A DNA stretch of 64,000 nt, taken from the IMG/VR virus record IMGVR_UViG_3300020411_000002; one strand, 5' to 3'. The stretch's first letter is position 1. Each line of letters starts with the position of its first letter. Below, one piece after another: positions 1 to 8,150 of the stretch. Made by a program: the position numbers and the translations under genes. The DNA comes from a virus (taxonomy: Duplodnaviria > Caudoviricetes). The notes under the pieces were generated by a model. The model worked only from the letters and a program-made list of their open reading frames with translations, searched no databases and had not been told where the DNA came from.

Positions 1-2428
1 AATAAGCAGTATAAGTATTTAAAACAGCCTCAGCGATACGGTCGTTAAGAACACTATCTTCTCCCGTAGTATATTCACTGAACGTTTCAAAGCTAGCAGA
101 CGATACAACGCTAGGTGCAGTAGTTAAGATACCATTGTACCCTGCTTCTGCTGTCGGTGCATTACCAGACTGCTGTGCCGATTCTCCTAGTATACGAACT
201 ACTGTAACTTTCAAATCTTCAATGTGACTTGGAACAGTTCCGATAGTACTATTCCACGTTGAGCCTTCTTCGGCAGTTACTTCATCTACTTCAATTGTAG
301 TAGTATTAGCTTCGCTTTCTTTCGGGTGGTTGTCGCTTGCAGAGCTGTATGTATAGAACATAGTTGTAGTAGGATATCCATCTGTGGCATCAGTTATGTA
401 CAGAATACTTACTTTCTTTTGAGTGGTAGGCACGTTGTCTAAAACATATCTAACGTAAGAAGTAAACATGGATACGGATGCAAACTCACCACCTATAATT
501 GCATTACTTGGTATTGAGAAGTCATTTAGTATCTGAATTATAGTATCGTCACGAGTTTGTTCAGGTGTCCCATTTAAAGTAATATCACTACCATTCGAAG
601 TAGAGCCTGACATATCTCGGAAGATATATACTTGAAAGCTTTCGCCCTCACTAGCTAACTCAACTTCCGTAACATCAGGAGTATTATCGACTATTGTAGC
701 AATGCCCTCCCTTTTGCCTATAGTTCCGATACTAGGATTAGAAATAATAAGCTTGAATGTTTCGTCATGCTCTGGAACGTCATCACACTTGATAACGATA
801 TCCACCTGCTTAGATGTATCGCCTTCATCAAATGTTACTGTACCTGTTGCTGCCGTAAAGTCGCTACCAGAAGTAGCAGTTATTCCAGTTGTCGAATACT
901 CTACGGTACGACTATCTCCTATGACTGCTTCACTCGAAGTAATGGTGAACGTAGCTGTAGTATCTGTATCAGAAGCACTACACTCGGCAACGTTGATATC
1001 ATTAACAGAGAATTCAGTTCCGTTATTTACAACTACGCAAGGCATTTCAAAGGTTAGTATTGCATCGTCTGAATCTTCTACGCCTGCTGTAGAGTAATCT
1101 AAATCAGATACTGTGACGTTAACTGTGTAAGGTATCAACTGTCTAGCATCTTCTTCCTTAATAGTGCGAGTAAGTTTGAATATGCCTATACGTCCACCTT
1201 GTTCAACACCTTTAAGTGTTAGTTCTCTGGAAGGACTAGACCATACATACTTATATCGTCTAAGTTGCCAGTCAGGTGGATCAACAAATCTAACTTCAAC
1301 TTTGACTTCTGAAACAAACGTATCGCCTACGTTCAAACATCTATCTTCACATGGAATAATCGGGTCTGGTTCTGGTGGCGGTGGCGGTGGTGGCTCAGGT
1401 GGTTCTGGCTCTGAATACTCTTCTACTGGAACTTTCTTGAAGATTTCTAACCATTGACCTCCTCTTGGGCGCACCGACCAGTACAAAGAAAAAGAACTTC
1501 CTACTACTTCCATCCAGTGATCAGTACCAACTTGATGTGCAAAGCCAGCTCCGTTAGATAACAAAGGCATAAGCTTTTCAGAAAGTATCATGTGACCTTG
1601 TTGGCAAAGCTCATTAGTTTTGTACGTATCAAGAGTAGAGAACATGTATTCACCATCTACAGGCATAGATGCTTTTGATACTGACATTGTGTTAAGAGGA
1701 CCTGAGCCCTTAGATACAGATTTAAACGTGTTATAAAAACCTTTGTCCAAATCGTAGTTCATAGGTCTTCTATAGATTCTATAGATTTTGTGGCTACTTA
1801 CTCTGAACTTAGTTTGTGTCGTTTCTGTAGTTCCAGAAAGATTTATCCAGTCATCCCATCCACTACGGCCCCAGTACTTTATCATTCTATTGCTAAAGTA
1901 CTTAGTTTGCGTATATGCACTTCCGAAGTTATAGAAGATTGTGCCGCTATAATATCTTTCTTGGCTAGACTGATTACATTCTACTACAAACAAATACTCA
2001 TAGTCTTTTTCAAAGTTAGTGATAGTAAGAGTCTTGCCTTGTGTTGTATACCAAAGCTCAAACTCGGCAGTATTATCGGCAGGGTCTAATAGAGAAGTAT
2101 CTGGAACTAAGTTTCTTTCACTTATTCTAACTATTCCACTACCGTCCTTACTTCTGACGAGTCTAAATCTCTTTGTTCCACTTGTAGTTATTTCAGCCGT
2201 AGCTAAGTGGTCAATACCTCCACTAGCTCTCCAACCAATAGTACCACTTGTAGGCTTTTGGAGATCCATATCAGGAGGTATATTTATAAATGTATGACCT
2301 ACTTCATCGTCTTTACTTAGTTCGCGTACTTGTATGCAGTACTCTTTATTCGGGGCCCACTCATAATTAAATGTTTGGACACCCGATGGGTTGTAAAATA
2401 TCTCAACCCACGGGTTCACTTGTGCCAT
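1..2428 (-). CDS. Large putative fibre/adhesin protein (runs off the left edge) with a Pro-rich hinge, a Calx-beta domain and a vWA-like domain
   Basis: Not in the ORF track. I translated it by hand: ATG at 2428, 2 nt after the stop of 2431..6534, open to base 1 (>800 aa). Contains EPEPPEPPPPPPPEPDP, Calx-beta-type TATSGSDFTAATGTVTFDEGDTSKQVDIVIKCDDVPEHDETFKLIISNPS, MIDAS-like IFRDMSGS and later VSILYITDATDG. Confidence 0.8.
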   Translation of the reverse strand, partial: MAQVNPWVEIFYNPSGVQTFNYEWAPNKEYCIQVRELSKDDEVGHTFINIPPDMDLQKPTSGTIGWRASGGIDHLATAEITTSGTKRFRLVRSKDGSGIVRISERNLVPDTSLLDPADNTAEFELWYTTQGKTLTITNFEKDYEYLFVVECNQSSQERYYSGTIFYNFGSAYTQTKYFSNRMIKYWGRSGWDDWINLSGTTETTQTKFRVSSHKIYRIYRRPMNYDLDKGFYNTFKSVSKGSGPLNTMSVSKASMPVDGEYMFSTLDTYKTNELCQQGHMILSEKLMPLLSNGAGFAHQVGTDHWMEVVGSSFSLYWSVRPRGGQWLEIFKKVPVEEYSEPEPPEPPPPPPPEPDPIIPCEDRCLNVGDTFVSEVKVEVRFVDPPDWQLRRYKYVWSSPSRELTLKGVEQGGRIGIFKLTRTIKEEDARQLIPYTVNVTVSDLDYSTAGVEDSDDAILTFEMPCVVVNNGTEFSVNDINVAECSASDTDTTATFTITSSEAVIGDSRTVEYSTTGITATSGSDFTAATGTVTFDEGDTSKQVDIVIKCDDVPEHDETFKLIISNPSIGTIGKREGIATIVDNTPDVTEVELASEGESFQVYIFRDMSGSTSNGSDITLNGTPEQTRDDTIIQILNDFSIPSNAIIGGEFASVSMFTSYVRYVLDNVPTTQKKVSILYITDATDGYPTTTMFYTYSSASDNHPKESEANTTTIEVDEVTAEEGSTWNSTIGTVPSHIEDLKVTVVRILGESAQQSGNAPTAEAGYNGILTTAPSVVSSASFETFSEYTTGEDSVLNDRIAEAVLNTYTAY

Positions 2429-2430
2429 AC

Positions 2431-5400
2431 TTATACCTTTCGATTGACTGTATCTACGTTGTGTACTAGGAAAGGATTTCTACCAACGTAGTAAGAATCA
2501 CTTTCTTCAACGTCTATACAGACTACATCAATCGGATCATCTACGCGTGTTAAAGAACCTACAAGAACTTCTTCTTTGTCTCCATAACAAGAAAGAAGTA
2601 CATCGCCTACTTTCATATCCCTAACGTCCATCCACTGCCAAGTGTCATCGCGTTTAACAAAGATAAGGTGTTCTTGGGTTATTTCAACATCACCATTAAT
2701 AATCCAATATTCTCTAAACCAATCGTGTTTGATTGCTCGAATTGTACTAACTACAGGATAACGTCCGTTTATGTCTTTAGTAGTCCAGTCTTCCCAACCA
2801 TCTACGTTTTCATCAATCATATTAGGAATGAATTCACTAACGAGTCGGTCACCTACTTTAAGTCTTTCTGCGTTAATAGATTTTCCATCTTCTAGCACGA
2901 CCATCGTACCAAAAGATATACAACCACCACCGCCACCACCTGAATAAACTTGTGCTTTCTGCTGTAAGCTTACTTCAATAGGTGCAGACTTTTGTACGTT
3001 ACCCAAGTCGTCTTTAACAAATATCTCTACTGTTAAATTGGCAATTCCTGCTAAACTTGAATTAGAAACCGCACGTTCAAACTGAATACTCATGCACTGA
3101 TTATTAGCGCCGTAGTTTGAAACACTATTAGGTACATCGGCTGTTTCTTTAGATTCATCAAAAGCACAATACGGCTTTATCGATACGCGAGACCCTGGGA
3201 TTGAATTGTTAACTGTAACAACGTTCCACTTATAGGTGTAAGAACGCGCTGGGTCAAATTCAAATTCCGCTAATAGTCTGCTAGTCCAATTAGTGCCTGC
3301 TGCTTTGTCGTCAACTCCACTTGTAGCGCTGTCCGCAGTTTTAGACATAGTAAAGCAAGCTACCTTTCCATTGTCTTGTGCATACTGAGGAACACCGTCA
3401 CCTAAGTCACCGTCAGTGCCCCAATCCATATCCAACTTATTAGAGTTAATCTTGAAAGCTAGAATAGTTTCAGGGTGTGCGTACTTAGTTGCAGTAACTT
3501 TTGCAGTACCAGTACTTCTAAGAGTTCCAGTATATACAATGTTCATATCTCCTTGAACAGGGGCAGATGATTCTACAATAGTAGCAATGCCTTCATCTTG
3601 AATGATAGCACCAACGCTTGCATCGTAGATGATAACTTTAAACTGTTCATTCGGGTCACGTTCACTATCAGCAAAAGTATTAATGCTAATAGTACCACTG
3701 CCTGCACCTGCTGGAATAGTAAGACTTCCAGATTTAGATTGATAATCTGCATTTGATGTAGGAGTAGACGGGCTTCCATCTGAACCAGTATTAGCTAGCG
3801 TAAAGTTTGTCATACGCTTAACACCGCTCTGGTTTTCGAAAGAACTAGACCCAGACAAGTCTTCAAACAGATAGCTGTCACCTGCTTTGTCTTTTATTTG
3901 CTGAACAGAAACACTACGCGCACCAGACGGGCTAGATACGGTAGAGTCAGACGCTGGAATATCTACCAAGCTCTTAATGTTGAAAGAGTTGATAAGGTCT
4001 TTAGCGTGAGCGTTAGCAAATCTGTAGTAGTTGCCTGCGGTACTTATATCAAATGCTGCTGCACTGATCACTACCATAGGCTTAGAACCTTTAGCTGCTC
4101 TCGCTACTGCAACACCAAACGCTGTACCTTGTTCAAGATTAAACATCTTGTTCAAGAAGTGATTAGAAGTATCTACTCCTGCGTTTTCTTTAGCGTGGTG
4201 TCTCCATTCTCCAAACTGGTCAGATACAATAATGTCATAGTTACCTACTACGTTTTTAGGTGAACTATAAGTTGCATCTTGGTACGAGTAGCTACCTTGC
4301 TTGACAGTTCCATGTGCATCAAACTCATTGACTACGTGAACATCAACCTGAATACCGTAAATGTTTGCCAGTGACTTAGTGAAGAAGTCCATAACAGTAG
4401 ACATTTGGTAAACGATTTCATATTCACGCTCATTTACTCTTGGATCAGGGTCATAGGGTGTAGAGTAAGATTGAATACGCTGGTGGGTTACTACCAATAG
4501 CTTTTTACCAGATAAAGAACCAAGACGGTGCTTTAACATATTAACAATCATCTTTTGGTAATCGTTAAGTTCTTCGAATGTAGAAACGCTACGGTCAACA
4601 TCCCTATTTGCATCAGTTCCATTGTATGCAGTAACTGTCTCTAGATAGTTTTCAACATCGTAAAGTCTGTGTGGGTCTGCTTCTAACATTAACGTATAGC
4701 CGTCAGTATCGTTAGAGTAAACAACTGTAGAAACATGATTACTATCTCTGAATAACGGATATGGATTAACTTCACCTGCTGCAACGGCTTCGCTGCTAGC
4801 AGTCATATCTTCCGTTCTATAGTTCAAAGACAAGTCTTCATTGATTGGATAGTTAAGACCTACTGTAAATTTAGCTGTAGAGCCTTCCGCTACTGTAATA
4901 CTATTAATAGCTATTTGAACATCAGGACAATTTGGAACTTCCTGATCATCAATCTCTACATCTAAGAGAGGAATATAACAGCCAACCCAATAAGCCCAAC
5001 TACTGTCAATAGGGCAATCGATACGTACACTGATTTCTCGCAAGTCATCGTAGTCCGCACTTTCTTCTAGTCTAAACCACTGTAAGAAAGTTGTACCTCT
5101 GCTTCGTTTAGCAGTTACTAACTTTCCTTTCTTGTTGAATACGCTAGCTGTATACGTAAAGTCTCCATAACCAGTAACTTTAATTGAAGCTACGCCGTTA
5201 TCGAGGTCGTTCATTAAGTAGTGGTCTTCTGTACTGTGGTGTCCAGCACTGTTTATGCCTGACTCTGGTACTTCACAAGGCCAACGATTCTCTTTGTACC
5301 CGCGAGTATTTGGATCATAAAGCATGTACTCTTGCGAAAGCACATCTGACCCGTACTCCCGTTGACTTGCCATTACTTTAACTACGATATCAGGAACAGC

Positions 5401-6534
5401 GTTTGCAAATCTCCAAGGGTCAAACACAATAGACAAAAGCCCATCTGTGTCTTTATTTCCCATAGTTGAAGCAATACGTTCACCGCCATGATAGACTTCA
5501 ACCCAGTCTGCATTTTCCCAAGTCTCGTAGTTAAGATGAAGAACATAAGGGCCTGTAGCAGGGTCAACTAGTCCAACTGTGTGAACGTACTCTACCCAAT
5601 ATTGTCCATCTGTGATTCTGTTCTCAAATGGAGTTACACGGCTATGAGCAGGTGCTGGAAACAAGCTAGTACCAATATACTCAGTAGTACGAATTTGTGC
5701 TAAATGTCTATTGTTGCCCGGCTCAAAGTCTTGAAGCGTAAGAAACGATTTAGGACCTATAGCAGAATACATCCATCTGCATTTGTCTTCACCACGAACA
5801 CGAATCATTACTCTATCTTCACCAGAACCGATTGCAGGGTCTAGACCGAACTCTAGTTTTCCTCTACCAGTAACTCTGCCGCATGTGGAAGCAATTAAAG
5901 CACCAAGATAATATACGTCAATAGAGATACCTTGTTCGTGGTAGCAAGCGTAAAGAATTTCAAAGATACCACCTCTATCACCTAACTCATAAATAGTTTC
6001 AGTTATTGCACTACCATTAGAGAAAGTATGCGTAGACAGGTAACTAGGATTCTCGTAACTTCCTCTACCAAGAAAAGAGTTAGTGCCCGGATTAGTATAA
6101 GTTTCTTTTGTGTTTTCAATTCCGGGTCTGTTAATTACTTGACCTTCATAAGTACCATAAGCACGTTCTAGACCAAAGCCTGCTTGACCTGCATCTGGTA
6201 AGTCGTAACCTTCTGGATATCCACGTAGTATGTCAAATTCGTTTCCACCACTACCGCTACCATCACCAGAACCTGCTTCTGTAATAGGAATAGAGTTAGA
6301 ACAAGTAAGAGAAGTAAGCATAGCTAGGTTAGCACAAGGGTCATCTAGCACATCGTCAAAAGTACAGTCCACCTGCATCCAAGTGTTGTTTCCGCTATCT
6401 CTTACTTGCGTTTGGTCTGGATAGAAACGAATCCACGTACTATTAAAGCCGTCGCGAAAATAGAACTCGCTGCTGCATTGGTCGAGCCAACCGTTATCTT
6501 GTGCATTACGAACTGTTAGTCTTGTAGTTGTCAT
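2431..6534 (-). CDS. 1367-aa multidomain tail fibre/adhesin: tandem beta-sandwich repeats, interrupted Calx-beta domain, C-terminal Hint domain
   Basis: Calx-beta halves INSITVAEGSTAKFTVGLNYP...RTEDMTA and ADYQSKSGSLTIPAGAGSGTISINTFADSERDPNEQFKV. C-terminus GGGGGG-CISFGTMV...ITQEH...IDVEESDSYY...LVHN-VDTVNRKV has Hint blocks A, B, F and G. Confidence 0.8.
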   Translation of the reverse strand: MTTTRLTVRNAQDNGWLDQCSSEFYFRDGFNSTWIRFYPDQTQVRDSGNNTWMQVDCTFDDVLDDPCANLAMLTSLTCSNSIPITEAGSGDGSGSGGNEFDILRGYPEGYDLPDAGQAGFGLERAYGTYEGQVINRPGIENTKETYTNPGTNSFLGRGSYENPSYLSTHTFSNGSAITETIYELGDRGGIFEILYACYHEQGISIDVYYLGALIASTCGRVTGRGKLEFGLDPAIGSGEDRVMIRVRGEDKCRWMYSAIGPKSFLTLQDFEPGNNRHLAQIRTTEYIGTSLFPAPAHSRVTPFENRITDGQYWVEYVHTVGLVDPATGPYVLHLNYETWENADWVEVYHGGERIASTMGNKDTDGLLSIVFDPWRFANAVPDIVVKVMASQREYGSDVLSQEYMLYDPNTRGYKENRWPCEVPESGINSAGHHSTEDHYLMNDLDNGVASIKVTGYGDFTYTASVFNKKGKLVTAKRSRGTTFLQWFRLEESADYDDLREISVRIDCPIDSSWAYWVGCYIPLLDVEIDDQEVPNCPDVQIAINSITVAEGSTAKFTVGLNYPINEDLSLNYRTEDMTASSEAVAAGEVNPYPLFRDSNHVSTVVYSNDTDGYTLMLEADPHRLYDVENYLETVTAYNGTDANRDVDRSVSTFEELNDYQKMIVNMLKHRLGSLSGKKLLVVTHQRIQSYSTPYDPDPRVNEREYEIVYQMSTVMDFFTKSLANIYGIQVDVHVVNEFDAHGTVKQGSYSYQDATYSSPKNVVGNYDIIVSDQFGEWRHHAKENAGVDTSNHFLNKMFNLEQGTAFGVAVARAAKGSKPMVVISAAAFDISTAGNYYRFANAHAKDLINSFNIKSLVDIPASDSTVSSPSGARSVSVQQIKDKAGDSYLFEDLSGSSSFENQSGVKRMTNFTLANTGSDGSPSTPTSNADYQSKSGSLTIPAGAGSGTISINTFADSERDPNEQFKVIIYDASVGAIIQDEGIATIVESSAPVQGDMNIVYTGTLRSTGTAKVTATKYAHPETILAFKINSNKLDMDWGTDGDLGDGVPQYAQDNGKVACFTMSKTADSATSGVDDKAAGTNWTSRLLAEFEFDPARSYTYKWNVVTVNNSIPGSRVSIKPYCAFDESKETADVPNSVSNYGANNQCMSIQFERAVSNSSLAGIANLTVEIFVKDDLGNVQKSAPIEVSLQQKAQVYSGGGGGGCISFGTMVVLEDGKSINAERLKVGDRLVSEFIPNMIDENVDGWEDWTTKDINGRYPVVSTIRAIKHDWFREYWIINGDVEITQEHLIFVKRDDTWQWMDVRDMKVGDVLLSCYGDKEEVLVGSLTRVDDPIDVVCIDVEESDSYYVGRNPFLVHNVDTVNRKV

Positions 6535-6543
6535 AGCACTACC

Positions 6544-7038
6544 TTAGCGAGGTTTAATCCATAAAGCACCAGCACCAACAGGACCTGGGTCTTCTGTAGT
6601 TATATAGATACTTACTTTACCATCTAATCCATGTTCGCCTTGAGGTCCAGTAGCACCAATAGGTCCCTGCTCCCCTTGCTTTCCTTGCGCACCACGAACA
6701 CCACGTTCTCCAACTGGGCCACGAGGACCTCTACATCCACGTTCACCACGCAATCCATTTTCACCAAGAAGTCCATTAATACCAGCGTTACCAGAAACAC
6801 CTTGAGGCCCTTCTTTACCAGTACCAACATCACTTTGAGTCATAAAGTTATTGATACGTAGAACAGGATAGCCTGGGATGCTTAGCGTAAGAGTACCAGA
6901 CGTATTATCGTAGTAACCTTCTAACGTGTCTGCTACTTCATCATCTGTTACAATAGACAAACCTCTACCAGAAGATTCTACATTACCTACAGTAGAACCA
7001 CCACTAATCATGTTCAAGTTAGCTTTTGTAATAGCCAT
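6544..7038 (-). CDS. Collagen-like fibre chain C (about 22 Gly-X-Y triplets)
   Basis: Uninterrupted GXY run GKEGPQ...GLDGK; N- and C-flanking domains are paralogous to 7051..7686 and 8150..9661. Confidence 0.85.
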   Translation of the reverse strand: MAITKANLNMISGGSTVGNVESSGRGLSIVTDDEVADTLEGYYDNTSGTLTLSIPGYPVLRINNFMTQSDVGTGKEGPQGVSGNAGINGLLGENGLRGERGCRGPRGPVGERGVRGAQGKQGEQGPIGATGPQGEHGLDGKVSIYITTEDPGPVGAGALWIKPR

Positions 7039-7050
7039 AATAAGTCTCTC

Positions 7051-7686
7051 TTAAAATTGGTCTAAGTCATCATCGTACTGACCGATATCTGGATTTACCC
7101 AAATAGAGCCAGGTCCTATGCTAGAGCCAGGGTCTGTACTACTAATAACTATGTTGATGTTTCCAGCAGGGCCTTGCTCTCCACGTGGGCCAGTAGGACC
7201 TGTAGCACCAGTAGGTCCAGTTGGGCCTACATCACCACGCTCACCTTTCTTTCCTTGCAGTCCACGTGGGCCCATAGGTCCAGCACATCCAGCAGGACCT
7301 GGAAGTCCAACTTGTCCATCACGACCATTCTGTCCATCTTCACCACGAGGGCCTGTAGGTCCAATAGGTCCAATACAGCCTTCGTCACCAACTTCTCCAT
7401 CTTTACCATCGCGTCCATCACGACCATCTTCGCCAGCTTCTCCTTGAGGACCTTGCTGACCCTGAGGAATGCTATCGAATGTAGGAAAGCCAGTAATAGC
7501 AATCTCATTACCGCTAGCAAATGTTAGAGTAAGAATGCCGCTTCCTTGGTCATAAAATCCAGCTTCGATTTCGCTGGTGGTGTCAACTGCTTCGCTAGAC
7601 GTAGCAAGCTTTCCGTTTTTGACAACTACACTACTGCCTTCGTCACCTGATGACCGTACCATAGTTACAGGAATTTTTGTAAGCAT
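7051..7686 (-). CDS. Collagen-like fibre chain B (about 33 Gly-X-Y triplets)
   Basis: Uninterrupted GXY run GQQGPQ...GPAGNI; same flanking motifs as the other two chains. Confidence 0.85.
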   Translation of the reverse strand: MLTKIPVTMVRSSGDEGSSVVVKNGKLATSSEAVDTTSEIEAGFYDQGSGILTLTFASGNEIAITGFPTFDSIPQGQQGPQGEAGEDGRDGRDGKDGEVGDEGCIGPIGPTGPRGEDGQNGRDGQVGLPGPAGCAGPMGPRGLQGKKGERGDVGPTGPTGATGPTGPRGEQGPAGNINIVISSTDPGSSIGPGSIWVNPDIGQYDDDLDQF

Positions 7687-7688
7687 AA

Positions 7689-8150
7689 TTAAACCCTGTT
7701 ATGTACTAAAATGCCATTTAGAAAATATGTATCACACATATCAACCTTTAGCTCGAATGTTTGTACACTAACTTCTATAAAAGAAATTGTCTCTACTTGA
7801 AATTGCGTAGAGTGTCCAAACATAACATCACCTTTTTGAATTTGTGGAGGCTTTTTCCATTCCCAAAAATCATTACGCTTGATTAAAATGGGTTGGTCGG
7901 CTACAAAGTGCATCAAGTTTATTTTATAGTATCCACTACGTATAAATATTTCGCGGTCTATAACAGTGCCTTCAATAACTTTTCCTTGAACGTCTTTTGT
8001 AGCCCATTCCATAGCGAACTCTTGATTACCAAATCTAGAACTAGGCATAGCACCTATTCTTAATGCAGTAATCTGATCGCCTACGAATACATCTTGTGTA
8101 TTCTTACTTTTAAGAGTATCTGTTCCTGTAGTAATCCTTTGCTTAATCAT
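7689..8150 (-). CDS. Stand-alone, catalytically degenerate Hint-domain protein
   Basis: Aligns by eye along its whole length with the Hint domain of 8150..9661 (VFVGDQI, YYKIN, PILIKRNDFWEW, IQKGD, DTYFLNGILVHN). No Cys1; the block-B His is replaced by Gln. TAATG stop/start overlap with the upstream gene. Confidence 0.8.
   Translation of the reverse strand: MIKQRITTGTDTLKSKNTQDVFVGDQITALRIGAMPSSRFGNQEFAMEWATKDVQGKVIEGTVIDREIFIRSGYYKINLMHFVADQPILIKRNDFWEWKKPPQIQKGDVMFGHSTQFQVETISFIEVSVQTFELKVDMCDTYFLNGILVHNRV

Noticed and set aside
702-2297. Plus-strand ORFs 702..1097, 767..1057, 1164..1457, 1790..2089 and 2019..2297
   Set aside because: All are antisense to the continuous minus-strand ORF 1..2428; the poly-Gly in 1164..1457 mirrors its poly-Pro.
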